From positions 576,001-640,000 of the forward strand of contig OZ253580.1 in NCBI GenBank assembly GCA_965263035.1: a stretch of 64,000 nucleotides of DNA, in the 5' to 3' direction. The notes under the pieces are model-generated. The model was given only the letters and a program-made list of their open reading frames with translations, ran no database searches and was not told where the DNA came from. Positions 10,426 through 21,600 of this stretch are shown piece by piece. Position 1 is the stretch's first letter, and every line of letters starts with the position of its first letter. The position numbers and the translations under genes are program-made. The stretch comes from Acidobacteriota bacterium. GTDB lineage: Bacteria; Acidobacteriota; UBA6911; RPQK01; JAJDTT01.

Positions 10426-12064
10426 GGCGGTCGACGGCAACCATTCCCTCGCTGCGAAATCCGAAGACCTTGGCGTTGAAGAGCTGAAAGCGCAGGCGCA
10501 CGGTCTTCCCGGCCAAGTTCCCGATTCCCTCCCGGTCCTTCCAAACCAGCGGAACCCAGAGATGGTTCCCCGAAATCGGTTGAGCCGGATAGACCTTCCG
10601 GTCCGGAACCCCCTCAACCATCAACTCGACGGCTACCGATCCGGAATCACCGTGAGTCTTGAGGTTCACCTCCACCGGTTTGCCCTGGAAGCGGAAGCGC
10701 TGGGTCGTGAACTGGCCCTCCTGTCCGGCCTCGATTCCGGCCAGGCGGCCATCCTCCCAGGTGGCCCAGCCGATTCCCCGAGGCCACTTCCGATCCTTCT
10801 GGAACCGGACCTTCCACCACTCGTTGTGGGACCAGCTGGATCCCACGATGGGAACCGCTATCCGGCCGTCGCGCAGCTGCACCATGGCGGAGACCGCGTA
10901 CATGGAGCCGCCGTCCCAGTCTCCCGGCCGGCCCAACTCCACGATGGAATCACGGCTCACCCAATTCCAGACGACGCCGTCGAGACTCGTGGCCAACCGC
11001 AGGTCGACCAGACTCGTGTCCCGATGGTAGACGGAAGCCAGCATGAGGTGGGTGTTCTCCGTCCCCGGGTAGTGGAGGTAGGTATTGTTGTAAAAGTCAT
11101 CGGAGGGGGACTCTTCGGGTCCGGGAGTCAGGATCAGGTTGGGATGAGGCCACCGGCGGAAATCCGAGGTCTCGGCTCGGGCGATGCTGCGGCGGCGAGG
11201 ATAGTTCTGCCGCATCAGCATCACGTACTTTTTCAACTTGCCGTCGAAGTAGATGCTGGGAACGCCGTCGTTGTTGAAATACGTGTCCCAGAGCGGTTCG
11301 GGAAGGCGTTTCCAGTGGATCCCGTCAGGAGAGACGGCCGCTCCCAGGATGCCGCCCATGCTTTTGGCATTCGGCTTGAACAACCGGATATTGGTGAGGC
11401 TGGCGGTCTTGTACCGCTCCTCGGGAGGAGCGTTGGGATCGACGAAGATGTGACCGTTGATTCCGGCCAGACCGTTGAAGGCAATCAGATTGTTGTCCCG
11501 GCTTCCCTCGAACTCCAGCATTCCCATGGAGACTCGTTTCCAGTTCAGGCCGTCCTCAGACTCCGCATAGCACACCCCGGAGCCTCCTCCGTCCGATCCC
11601 AGTTTCAAGCGGCCGTCAGGGGCCACCACTGCGCGGTCTCGTACGGTCCAGCCGCAGCCATACCAGAGACGGTAGCGGCCGTCCTCGTGGAGCACGGTCT
11701 TAGGCCCGATGCCGCTTCTTTCCCAAGGTTTCTCCGGTTTGAGCCAGGGACCGACCCGCCGTCCCTTCTCGATGCCGATCTTCACGCCGCTGGCGGCACG
11801 TATTCTCCGGGAAGCAGTGGGTCCTTCGGAGATGTACATGGTGGCCTTGTAGTAGTCGCGCACTTTGGCGATCAGTTGCCGATCGTGCTCGTCCACGTAG
11901 GTCAGATCGACGGGAAAGATGGCATTTCCCGGATCCACCTTGGTCCAATCGGTGAAGATATGCGTCACCACCGGGGAGGAGTCACTCTGGGACAGGGATA
12001 TCCCCCACGAGAGACTGCAGACCATCCCCACCAGAATCGATTTGAAGCGGCGTTTCGTGTTCAT
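10403..12064 (-). CDS. Secreted glycoside hydrolase-like beta-propeller protein
   Basis: Signal peptide after MNTKRRFK; CYAESEDGLNWKR and SPDGIHW Asp-box-like repeats; paralog of the adjacent gene. Confidence 0.7.
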   Translation of the reverse strand: MNTKRRFKSILVGMVCSLSWGISLSQSDSSPVVTHIFTDWTKVDPGNAIFPVDLTYVDEHDRQLIAKVRDYYKATMYISEGPTASRRIRAASGVKIGIEKGRRVGPWLKPEKPWERSGIGPKTVLHEDGRYRLWYGCGWTVRDRAVVAPDGRLKLGSDGGGSGVCYAESEDGLNWKRVSMGMLEFEGSRDNNLIAFNGLAGINGHIFVDPNAPPEERYKTASLTNIRLFKPNAKSMGGILGAAVSPDGIHWKRLPEPLWDTYFNNDGVPSIYFDGKLKKYVMLMRQNYPRRRSIARAETSDFRRWPHPNLILTPGPEESPSDDFYNNTYLHYPGTENTHLMLASVYHRDTSLVDLRLATSLDGVVWNWVSRDSIVELGRPGDWDGGSMYAVSAMVQLRDGRIAVPIVGSSWSHNEWWKVRFQKDRKWPRGIGWATWEDGRLAGIEAGQEGQFTTQRFRFQGKPVEVNLKTHGDSGSVAVELMVEGVPDRKVYPAQPISGNHLWVPLVWKDREGIGNLAGKTVRLRFQLFNAKVFGFRSEGMVAVDRLRRPVSE

Positions 12065-12156
12065 TTGGGCAGTGTTCCTCGGTAGTTGACCGTCCGTGCC
12101 AATTGAGAATTCATCCTGGCAGGGCACTCGACTTCAGACCGGCCAGAGGGAAGATT

Positions 12157-13656
12157 CTATCGAAACTTCAAGGAATAGAGATCCGCGTCCTTCATCACGA
12201 AGCGCAATCTCACCGGGTCTCCCGAGATCCTCCGCATCAATTGTTCGGATGTCTTCCGGGAACGGCTCCGGTCCCACTGGACCTCGTGGTCGATTTCATC
12301 CCCCCACAAGATGGGCGATTCCTCCAGGGCGAAACCCGGCATCGGATTGCCGTACAGGTCCTGGATCTCGACCTGAATGCTTCCGGCGGCGGAGGTCGCG
12401 AAGTTCAGGGTCAGGGAGTCGCCTTCGAAGATCAGCGGTTTGGTCAGGAATTCACCTCCCGCGGCGCCGGCATTCACGGAGGCGAAGCCGTCGGTGCGCA
12501 GTACGAACCGCTCCAGGTGAACGCTGGGAAAAGTGTAGTGCCGCTGCAGGTAGAGGGAAATCTCGGCCGGCCCGGTGGGCAACAGACCGGTCGCCGGCGT
12601 GTTGGCGCGATGAATCCAGTTCCGGACGTGTCGGCCGGGCCGAATGAAGGCTTCCATGAAGGTGCGCTGCCACCGTTGTCCATCGCGGCTGCTGAGGAGG
12701 ACCACATCTGATGCTCCAGCGTACCGTTGGGACCGGAAAGGTTCCAGAGTGCGCCAGGGGACCATGCGCCGGGGAAAAGCCAGAAAGATGTGGGGAGCTC
12801 GGAAATAGGGGTTCGCGGCATTCGTATAGAAGTGCTCGGGCGGCGTGTCCCCTACATCGATGTACTCGGGTGGGGTCCAGCGGATGAAGTCGGGGGATGT
12901 GGACCTCACGACCTCCCGGACCCTCTGGCCCCGGAGGCCCCGGAGATAGGCGACGTATTCCTCCCGTTCCGAGTCCCAGAAGGCCAGGTCGCCTCCCCAG
13001 TCCACCTTCTGTGTAATGAGGGGCTCGTCCTGGATGAGTCGCCAGTGGATCCCGTCGGCAGACACGACTCCCATGACGTGCTTCAGGCCCGGGGTGTGGT
13101 AGCTGGCCAGGGCCTTGTACCGTTGATCTTCGGGCGCCCGGGGATTCTCGTCCTTGAAGGCCATGAAGCAGTGGGATGCGTCTCCGTGCGCTCCGGTCCA
13201 GACGATGTTGTTGTCCGTGGAACCATTGAACTCGAACAGCCCCAGAGAGGGACGGGTCCAGTGGATTCCGTCCCGGCTCTCGGCGTAGCAGGTCCACTCC
13301 GGATGGTCGGGAGTGACCACCTCCCCCGGCTCCAGCATGGAAAAGACGGTCAGGCCCTTGGCGGCATGAGTGCTGCCACGGTAGTACATGCGATACCGGT
13401 CCCCATCCTTGAAGACCGAGATGTAGTCGCTCGTACCCCCTTCCCAAGGACGATCGAAAGAAAGGACTCTGCCGGCCGAACGGGGGGGATGGAGTTTCAG
13501 CTCCACACCCCGCATGGATTCGATCAGGGTGTCGTCGACGAACAGTTCCAGGCGCGAGCCCAGCTCCAGCGGCTCCCCCTGCCGGGCGGTTTCAGCCGGA
13601 GAGACGTGGATCCACAGTATGACCAACAGGCAAGTCACAATGGCGCGTGGCATCAT
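12157..13656 (-). CDS. Secreted glycoside hydrolase-like beta-propeller protein
   Basis: Signal peptide; ELFVDDTLI, CYAESRDGIHWTRP, RTDGFAS, DADLYSLKF motifs. Confidence 0.75.
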   Translation of the reverse strand: MMPRAIVTCLLVILWIHVSPAETARQGEPLELGSRLELFVDDTLIESMRGVELKLHPPRSAGRVLSFDRPWEGGTSDYISVFKDGDRYRMYYRGSTHAAKGLTVFSMLEPGEVVTPDHPEWTCYAESRDGIHWTRPSLGLFEFNGSTDNNIVWTGAHGDASHCFMAFKDENPRAPEDQRYKALASYHTPGLKHVMGVVSADGIHWRLIQDEPLITQKVDWGGDLAFWDSEREEYVAYLRGLRGQRVREVVRSTSPDFIRWTPPEYIDVGDTPPEHFYTNAANPYFRAPHIFLAFPRRMVPWRTLEPFRSQRYAGASDVVLLSSRDGQRWQRTFMEAFIRPGRHVRNWIHRANTPATGLLPTGPAEISLYLQRHYTFPSVHLERFVLRTDGFASVNAGAAGGEFLTKPLIFEGDSLTLNFATSAAGSIQVEIQDLYGNPMPGFALEESPILWGDEIDHEVQWDRSRSRKTSEQLMRRISGDPVRLRFVMKDADLYSLKFR

Positions 13657-13746
13657 CGTTTCATCCTACACGGCGGTCGAACTGCCGGCGCGGAAAGAGG
13701 GTGGATCCCACGTCGACGCGCGTATCCGTTTTTACGAAGGGAGAGA

Positions 13747-13822
13747 TGGTAGCCCCAACGGGAGTCGAACCCGTGTTACCGCCTTGAGAGGGCGGCGTCC
13801 TAGGCCACTAGACGATGGGGCC
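13747..13822 (-). tRNA. tRNA-Glu (anticodon CTC)
   Basis: Reverse complement GGCCCCATCGTCTAGTGGCCTAGGACGCCGCCCTCTCAAGGCGGTAACACGGGTTCGACTCCCGTTGGGGCTACCA folds as a cloverleaf with encoded CCA. Confidence 0.97.
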
Positions 13823-13940
13823 ACCCGACGATGACCGTTTTTTAAACCAAACCGGGCGGCGTTGTCAATTCTGAGGACTGTTCCCCATATCGTTTCGTCC
13901 AGCAAGATGCATCTGAAAAGGTCGAATGATCGAAATGGGT

Positions 13941-15548
13941 TCAGCGCCTCAATTCCTGTACCAAGCGCTCCTCGATCCTGGGATCGATGATTGCTTCCCC
14001 CGCGAGGAGATTCAGGAAACGATCTCTGTCAACTGCCGTTTCGAGGGCTTTGGCTTCGCCTTGGAACACTATCTCCATTCCACCTCGCGCGACTTCCAGA
14101 CGATAGTCTCCGTGACCCAACTTCACACGCGTTTCCAGACAATCCCATCCTTGCGCCCGGGCCAGTTCCACGGCAGCGGCACGCTGGCGAGCGTTCCAAC
14201 TGCCAAGGAACCACTCGGCGAGGGGTTTCGGGCGTTCCGGCGGCGGTCCCAGGTCGAAGTCGGTGTCGGCCATCCAATGGCTCATGGCAGCCATACGATG
14301 GGACACGGCCCGGGAGGCCGTCGGACCACCCCGCAGGGACAGCGGCAATGACAACCAGCCGGAACGGGCGCCGAACAGCACGGCGGCTGCCAGCCAGTCT
14401 TCTTCACTCAGTTCCGGAGCCTCGAATTCCAGCAGCTCGGCACAGGTTCGCCGAAGAAACAGCAGCGACATCGCCCGAGGCAACGGAGTCGAGTACTTCG
14501 TCCACAGCTCCGAAGTTCGGAACTTCCCCAGTCCCGTCAGGGACTCGAGGTCGTCCCTGAGCCCCCGGACACGCTCTCGCAGAGTGGATGGAATCCGCGT
14601 CGAGGCGTCGCCGAAGTAGTCGAGCAGCACGGCGGCCGCATTGCCTCCGTCACCCGCGACCGTCTCCTGGGAGAGTCGGCCGGCGGCGCCCCAGAACAGC
14701 CGCCGCCACGCATTCCGGCCGCCGACATCGGGCAACGATTCCGTGGCCGACCGCGGCTCGCCGCCGGAGCGCATCCAGGTTCCGAGCCCCGAGAGAATCG
14801 TGTCCCCCAGCTCGGACGCGCGTTGCGGCGGCGGATCGAAAGCCACGCGACAGGCCGCAACGCCCAGGGTCTCTCCCGTCGCAGGCATCTGGTTCGCGCT
14901 CCGGTTGCCCATCAGCCGCATCATCGCCATGATGCCGCCGGCGGCCCGCGCCAAACTCAGCGGCGTATCCCGAGCGTCAGGAACTCCCTCCGGAGGCCAA
15001 GGTGCTTTCGAGGCGTTCGAGAAACGAGGTTTCTCCGTTCTGGTCGTGAAGTCTGTCCAGGGAACGTTGGCAAAATCCCGGGCGTCCACACCGCACGCCT
15101 TCCGCTCCTCCACCGAGCGAAACAGAATCTTCTCAATCGACGATACAGGAAGCGGCGCCGGCAGGAACAGCAGCCTGGCCTTGCCCACGTCGCCCGGGAA
15201 TCGACGTTCCTGAAGATTGTCCGACTCGACGGAGAACACCCGGCCGGAGAACTCCTTCAGGGAAATCTGCACGATACAGGGTCTGAGGTATTTCGCTTCG
15301 GAGAGGGATCCGTCAATTGCTGCTGGGCAGGGTCTGCCGGTGAACAATGGGATCCAGCCCGGGCAACATTGGAGGGTGTCCCGAAAGTACTTGTCCCCGA
15401 AACCGGTGGGCGGCAGCACCAGACCCGAGCCCAACATGTACATCAGATTCAGGTGATTGGTGACCAAGTAACCGGCTGCCGGCGCTGTCCCTGGCGTGAC
15501 GGATTCGGGCGGTCGTGCAGGGTCACTCAACAGATTACGCTGAGTCAT
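13941..15548 (-). CDS. Hypothetical protein, last gene of the DISARM-like operon (possible degenerate ART-fold N-terminus)
   Basis: Long ORF; ATG at 15548 overlaps the upstream helicase stop (TGATG); no family recognised with certainty. Confidence 0.75.
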   Translation of the reverse strand: MTQRNLLSDPARPPESVTPGTAPAAGYLVTNHLNLMYMLGSGLVLPPTGFGDKYFRDTLQCCPGWIPLFTGRPCPAAIDGSLSEAKYLRPCIVQISLKEFSGRVFSVESDNLQERRFPGDVGKARLLFLPAPLPVSSIEKILFRSVEERKACGVDARDFANVPWTDFTTRTEKPRFSNASKAPWPPEGVPDARDTPLSLARAAGGIMAMMRLMGNRSANQMPATGETLGVAACRVAFDPPPQRASELGDTILSGLGTWMRSGGEPRSATESLPDVGGRNAWRRLFWGAAGRLSQETVAGDGGNAAAVLLDYFGDASTRIPSTLRERVRGLRDDLESLTGLGKFRTSELWTKYSTPLPRAMSLLFLRRTCAELLEFEAPELSEEDWLAAAVLFGARSGWLSLPLSLRGGPTASRAVSHRMAAMSHWMADTDFDLGPPPERPKPLAEWFLGSWNARQRAAAVELARAQGWDCLETRVKLGHGDYRLEVARGGMEIVFQGEAKALETAVDRDRFLNLLAGEAIIDPRIEERLVQELRR

Positions 15549-16726
15549 CAGTTCCCGTTCCTCTCCTTCAAACACATCCTCCGCAGTGCTTCCGGATCGT
15601 CAGGCAGTATCTCTTCGATTCGACTGTCGACTCCGCTCTGTCGAAGCAGGATCACCTGTTCCTGCGCCCGGGCCACCATGACGTAGAAAAGTTTCTTTGT
15701 CGGCTCTGGATCGTCAGGCCGATAGGAATGCTGATCGATATCGGCCAGCACGGCGATGTCGAACTCCAGGCCCTTGCAGGCTTGGGCGTTGATCACCAGG
15801 ATCCCGCCTTCATCGAAACGGATGTCGGGCCGATGGTCGCCGTAGAAGGTTTCGATGTTTGGGAGATCATGGTCCAAGATGTCCCTTTCCACGGCGCGCA
15901 ATCCGTCAAGATAGCGTTGCCGGACGGCGTTGTCGGGCGCCAGCACCCCGACCAACCTGGTCGGGTCGCGATCAGAGAGCAGGATGATCCGCCGGCAGAT
16001 CTCCCCCATGCTCTCCGGAGGATAGTCGAAGAGCCATGCGGGAACACCCCGGCGCTCAGGCAGCCCTGGAGGCGGGCTGGCAGGATCGCCGGTCTGGAAC
16101 GCGTGCGCCAGCTTCGCCACCGGCGCGCTGTTGCGGTAGTTGCAGGTCAATTCAATGACCTCCTTTGCGTCGATGTCCAACTCGGTTTCGATGTCCTTGC
16201 GACTGCTGTGGGCGTCCGTGATCTGCTGATTCTGATCCGCCGTCACGAGGAGACGTTCGAATCCCAAATTGACCAGGGACCGGTAGAATTCGGGCGGCAT
16301 ATCCTGGCCTTCGTCGATCACCAGGTACGGAGCATCTTTGATTGGCGTCACCTTCTTCACGTGATCCAGAACGGCCGGCCAGTTGACAGCTCGGTACCCA
16401 CCCGGTGTATCTGTAGGCTCTCTGGGCAAGAGTCGGCCGATAATTTCCCGGAACTTCTCGGCAAACCACCTCTCCCAGGTGGCGCTAGACAGCGTTTCGC
16501 CAGCCAGTTGGGCGCTCGAACGGTGGAGCAGGTGGTTGTGGACCAGGAACACATGACGGTCACGATCCCGAGCGTGACGCCGGACTCGGATCAGCGCCAG
16601 CACCGTCTTTCCAGTCCCAGGGCCGCCGACGATCAGGTGCTGGCCCTCTTTTGGCAGAACCCGAGCCGCTTCCTGCTCCTTGCTCAGGTCCTGGACGCCG
16701 GGGAGTTCGAACCGGCGCTTCGCCAT
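15548..16726 (-). CDS. Compact SF1 (UvrD-like) helicase/ATPase
   Basis: GGPGTGKT Walker A, IDEGQD Walker B, ADQNQQI, NYRN, KGLEFD, YVMVARA. Confidence 0.85.
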   Translation of the reverse strand: MAKRRFELPGVQDLSKEQEAARVLPKEGQHLIVGGPGTGKTVLALIRVRRHARDRDRHVFLVHNHLLHRSSAQLAGETLSSATWERWFAEKFREIIGRLLPREPTDTPGGYRAVNWPAVLDHVKKVTPIKDAPYLVIDEGQDMPPEFYRSLVNLGFERLLVTADQNQQITDAHSSRKDIETELDIDAKEVIELTCNYRNSAPVAKLAHAFQTGDPASPPPGLPERRGVPAWLFDYPPESMGEICRRIILLSDRDPTRLVGVLAPDNAVRQRYLDGLRAVERDILDHDLPNIETFYGDHRPDIRFDEGGILVINAQACKGLEFDIAVLADIDQHSYRPDDPEPTKKLFYVMVARAQEQVILLRQSGVDSRIEEILPDDPEALRRMCLKERNGN

Positions 16727-16727
16727 A

Positions 16728-18611
16728 TCAATTCCAGCGTAAAGCACGCCCGGATGCATCGAACAGCCCGGGTAGACGACCGTCGACGTCCGTGACGAAG
16801 ATTCGATCCAACAGCATGTTGCCGAAGGCGCAGCTGGTCTCCGGCACCAGGGCGCAGGCGTGGCACGCCGCGCCGTTCAGGAGACCCGGGCCATGACCCT
16901 CCTGTCGGGCACAGACGGGATCCAGCGAACACCAGGAGGCCGCCTCGACCGCCGCGCTCAGTAGGCGCAGAAAGCGGCGCGGCTCCGCCTGACTCATCAG
17001 GCCGCCGAGCGAACCTTCCGTATCCGGCACGGCGACGTAGATCAGAACTCCCGCCATCGGCTCAGGTCCTCTGTCACGACCGATCTCGCAGTAGATGCGA
17101 TCCTTCAGCGAGGCTGCGGGGTAGCCGGCCTTGCTCTCCAACTCCCGGATCATCAGGTGGGCCAGCGTGTGGAGAGCCAGGAAGCGGGGAGAGATCTGCG
17201 GTTGCGGCTCCACAGGCAGGCGCAGGTCAGACTCTTCGAAACGCCTGCAGAACGCCTTGGCGCGCCCTTTGACACCGGCATGCTCCTCCCAGCGCCGCAG
17301 AAACGACTCTCGTACGGTGAAGAAGAGCCCTTCACCGTAGAGTTCCAGCGCTGGCAGCCATTCGGCTTTTCCGGTGAGGTCGGGAGGCGTCACTTGGCCT
17401 CCGAGCCGCCGGAATCCCGTCAGCACCATGATCTCCTTGAGCCGGTTGACGGCGATCAGCCGATCCACCCCGGCGGTCAGCCGTGCGGCGGCGCCCTCCA
17501 GCTTCCGGCCGAGATCAGTCCATGCCGGCGTGTGATGCTCGGTGACGAAATCCTCGTCCTCTTCCAGATCCGGGATCTCTCCGATCAGTGCCCGGTACTC
17601 GGCGACGAACAGATCTTCATCGCCGATCGGTTCCCCGTAAAGAGGATATCCGCGTGCGACCTCCCCGACCGCACCCTTGACTTCATCGATACCACATCCC
17701 CACTCGCGGGCCATTCGCTTCAGTGTCGTCCTTCGCTGTAGACGAGTTCGTGCCCCCCGGATCTCCGCCTGCTTTTCCGTGCTGCTGTACAAGCGGTCCA
17801 CTACGGTTCCCTTGCGGATGCGGGACTCTGGGGGAATGACCAACGCCGTCCGGGTTTCCGCCGAGTGGACGCGAACGTCGTTGATCTCGAGTATCCAGGC
17901 CGGTCCCTCCGGCGGACTCGGCGGAGGGTCGCGGAACCACGGCTGCCGCCACTCATGCACGGAATAGGGGAAACGCCCCCCGATCGAGCCGGAGGCTCGA
18001 CATTCCTTACAAGCGACTCGGTAACCTCGCGGCGCTGGTCGTATCTTCAGGTAGGGGCTCGTCCAATCCGCACGACACGCACTTTGATCCGGATGCCTGG
18101 TGTCGTGGTGCGCCAGCGCATGCCAGGGGACATCCGCCAGATACCCGTGCTCGTGAACCAGCACCCAGGGCGTCTGTTCCAGTTTTCCGCCGCATACCGG
18201 AGTGTCGTCATCCCTCCGGCCGCCCTGTCCCGGACCCGAGCAACGCAGTGGGTCGATCTGCACCTGGCCACGTGTCTCCGTCTCGCTCGTCCGGGCGCGC
18301 CGCCAGGGACGATAGTGCAGCAGTCCGCATTTGGAGCACCGTGTCCAGCCCGGAAAACGCATTGCGGGTATGGGTTGTCCCAACACCCTGTCCTCCTCGA
18401 TGCGGGCCTTCGGCGGCGTACACAGGATCTTCCTGCCGATACGAAGGGTGCTGCGCACCCGTTCGACGTGTCGGATCACCCGCTCTTCGTGACCTCTCCA
18501 AAGGGAGGTGTCCTTCACCGTCACCAGATGATCCGGACCCCGGACCACGGCGCCCACGGAACAGTGCCGCAACAGGTGCGAAAGGCGCACCGGCATGGCG
18601 TCGTCAATCAT
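16728..18611 (-). CDS. drmB: DrmB-like DUF1998 protein
   Basis: ELYGEGLFF, HTLAHLMI, GSLGGL, and C-terminal WCSLDPVC...AACHAC..PETSC Zn motif. Confidence 0.85.
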   Translation of the reverse strand: MIDDAMPVRLSHLLRHCSVGAVVRGPDHLVTVKDTSLWRGHEERVIRHVERVRSTLRIGRKILCTPPKARIEEDRVLGQPIPAMRFPGWTRCSKCGLLHYRPWRRARTSETETRGQVQIDPLRCSGPGQGGRRDDDTPVCGGKLEQTPWVLVHEHGYLADVPWHALAHHDTRHPDQSACRADWTSPYLKIRPAPRGYRVACKECRASGSIGGRFPYSVHEWRQPWFRDPPPSPPEGPAWILEINDVRVHSAETRTALVIPPESRIRKGTVVDRLYSSTEKQAEIRGARTRLQRRTTLKRMAREWGCGIDEVKGAVGEVARGYPLYGEPIGDEDLFVAEYRALIGEIPDLEEDEDFVTEHHTPAWTDLGRKLEGAAARLTAGVDRLIAVNRLKEIMVLTGFRRLGGQVTPPDLTGKAEWLPALELYGEGLFFTVRESFLRRWEEHAGVKGRAKAFCRRFEESDLRLPVEPQPQISPRFLALHTLAHLMIRELESKAGYPAASLKDRIYCEIGRDRGPEPMAGVLIYVAVPDTEGSLGGLMSQAEPRRFLRLLSAAVEAASWCSLDPVCARQEGHGPGLLNGAACHACALVPETSCAFGNMLLDRIFVTDVDGRLPGLFDASGRALRWN

Positions 18612-21600
18612 CGCGCTGCAACACTCCCGTGTCTTCGACGTTGCGCATGGAGTTCAACGTCCGCCACAGCCCCCGAGAAGGAGGGTCGTCGAATTGGCGC
18701 AACAGGCCGTCGGAGCTTCCATCCTTCGCCTCGTAGTTCAGTCGGCGCTTCTGCCGCTCGCAACGCCGCGCCTCCTCGTGCCACCGTTCTGCGAGCCGGT
18801 CGAGGTGGCGGAGCGTGGCGCTCGCTCGGGCCTTGCCGGCTTGCCGGCTGCGGCACTTCAGCCGTTCGATCACGGCCTTCACCGTGCCGTCCTCCGTGTC
18901 GAATGCGCCGGCGTCCTCGTTCCTGCACAAAGCGTCGCAGCCGTGGCGCACGGCGGAGACCAGGGCCGCATGCAGGGCACGGGTGCGAACCTGATAGGTG
19001 AACGGCGTCACGCTGGTCGGCTCCACGAAACGGTAGAAGGACTCGTGGTAGGGCCGGAAGTTCTCGTAATGGGAGAGGCTGCGCGCCTGGTGGCGATAGT
19101 AGTTGGCGAACACGAGGCCCGGGACGTGGGCGCGCCCGATGCGGCTGCTCGCCTGAACGTACTCGGCGGTGGTGAGCGGCTGTCCGTTGATGACCATCGC
19201 CGCCAGCCGGTCGACGTCCACTCCCACGGAGATCATGTTCGTGGCCAGCACCACGTTCAGACAATCGGGGTCCCCACGCTCCAGCTTCAAACGATCGAAG
19301 GTTCGGGCATTCTGCTGTGCCGTGGACAGGCTGGTGAGTTGCGCCAGACTCTGGGGTGTTTCGGTTCTCTCCCTTGCGCCGTCGGCGTCGCCTTGATCGC
19401 GTCTCCTCTGTTCTATTTCTTGATCGAGACGCCGCACGAAGTCGCGCACCGAGGTGGCGTAGGCGTTGTGGCTGTTGCCGACGCCGCGCAGGCTGCCATG
19501 ATAGATCACCTGAGTCCACCAAGCTTCCAGAAGATCGTCCCGATCCTGCTGATCCTCAAACACGGAGAACGGCGCCTCGAGCAGGGCCCCCGCCAGCGGC
19601 GCCAGACAGTGCTGCTGATCCAGCGCCGGCGCGAGATAGCCGACGTAGAGACGGCCCGGACGCGAGTGATCCACGCGCGCGAACCAGGAGTCGTCGGCCG
19701 AGAGGCCCGGCGGCGGGAATACGGCGAGGTCTCGGCCGTACAGACTTCTCACCTGCTGCCGCGCCATGCGGATGGTCGCCGTCGAGGCGACGTACTTGGG
19801 ACGCACGCCGCGTTGCGCCAGAATCGTCTCCAATGCCGCCTCATAGAGGCCGGCCACGGACCCCAGGGGTCCGGCGATGAGGTGAAGCTCGTCCTGGATC
19901 ACCAGTTCCGGTGGCCGGCAGGCACAGCCGGTCCCCGGCCGCGGGCTGCCGAAGAAGCCGGCGGCGCGTTGTTCCCAGGCCAGGCGGGCAAACTTGTCGA
20001 TGGTGGCGACCAGGAGCGTCGGCGGGCGTTCATACAGCACTTCGTCCACGACGTTGCAGGGCAGGGGCCGCGGGTCGGCCGACTCGCCATCGGGACCGAA
20101 TTCGCAATCGGGATTGCGGCACAGAAATACGAAGTCAATGAGCGTCGCCCGGTAGCTCCGCGGCGCGGTGAACTCATGGTGGCACCACGGGCACGCTCTC
20201 AGCACGAACTGGTGACCCGCGTCCTCATCGCCCGCCGCCAGGTCGTCCACGCACCCCTTCGCCTGCCTGCAGGTGTTCGGAGTCGCCGCCCGGCCCACCC
20301 AGATGCCGACGGTGATGGGCTCCTCGCCCAGCCGTTCCGGATCCTCCCGACGTATCAGCTCCAGAGCGCAGATGATGCGGGTCGCGCGCTCGAACTGCTG
20401 CCTCGTCAAAAGGCGGAGCGTATAGCGCATCAGCACCGCCGTGCCGCCGCCGTGGGTCCCATGTCGCAATCGCCGCCACACGATCAGGAAAGCGATCAGA
20501 CCCAGGTAAGCCTCCGTCTTGCCGCCGCCTGTGGGAAACCAGATCAGATCCAAAACGCCGCGGAAGTCGTCCTCCTCCCGAACCGTGGACTCGATGACGC
20601 CCAGCAGAAAGGCCAGCTGGAACGGTCGCCACCGGTACTCCCGCGAGTCCTTCCTTCGATCCCACTTGTTATCATTCCGGTTGCGCTCCTGTTGTTGCAT
20701 CTGTGCCAGCATCGCCCGATTGGCTTGGCGGAATGCAAACTTCGCTCCGGCGTCGGTGCGGAGTAGCGCCACACCGCGGCGCATGCGCTTCCGGGCCGTG
20801 GCCATCCGCCCGCAGATACGCTCGGCGGTGGCCCGTTCCACGGCGGTTTCCAGTCCCTCGGCCTCCCGAGACTGTTCCCTGATCCAGCGCTGGTATCCAT
20901 CCACGAAAGCGTCGAGCCGGTCGAGGACCACGTCCCAAGGGGCTTCGGCGAGGTCCTGCATGACCAGAACGTCCGCATCGACACCCTGGGCGTCGACCGT
21001 CACCAGGGGAACGTCCACCTCCGGCATGAATTCGGTCCAGATCCTGGGGGGTGTCCCCGGTTTCACGGACCAGTCCACCGCCGCGCCGTGACCCACCGCA
21101 TAGATGCGCTTGTGCCGATACTGCAGTTCGAGTTCCCGCTCCTCTTCGGTGAGCAGACCCGGGTCCACGCGCGGGTACTCCGCCACCTCCCCGTTTACGA
21201 CCTCCACTTCCAGACCCGCCTCGAACAGGCAGCGGTGGTCTCGGTCCTCGTTGAATCGGGCCGGCTCTCGGCAATTCGCGAAGACCACGGTGAGGATGCG
21301 GCCGTCTCCGTGTGTCCGCTCGCGCACTTCAAGGAGCACGTCTTTGGGCAGCGTGGGGTCGCCCCCGGGCCATTCCATTGCGTATTCGAGGGACTTGCGC
21401 CTGTACTCGTGCCTCAGGAAACGTCCTCGAGAATCCCTTTCACCCGTCCGTTCGTAAATTGCGGCGGAAGCCGTGATGCGCAGGCTCAGGTCGTCATCGG
21501 AGCGAACAAAAAACGAAAAACTGACGGAAGACGGGGGCACATAACGCCTTCGCCGAACCGGTTGCGCCAGATTCCGTTCGGCGGCCTCGCCATCTACGAC

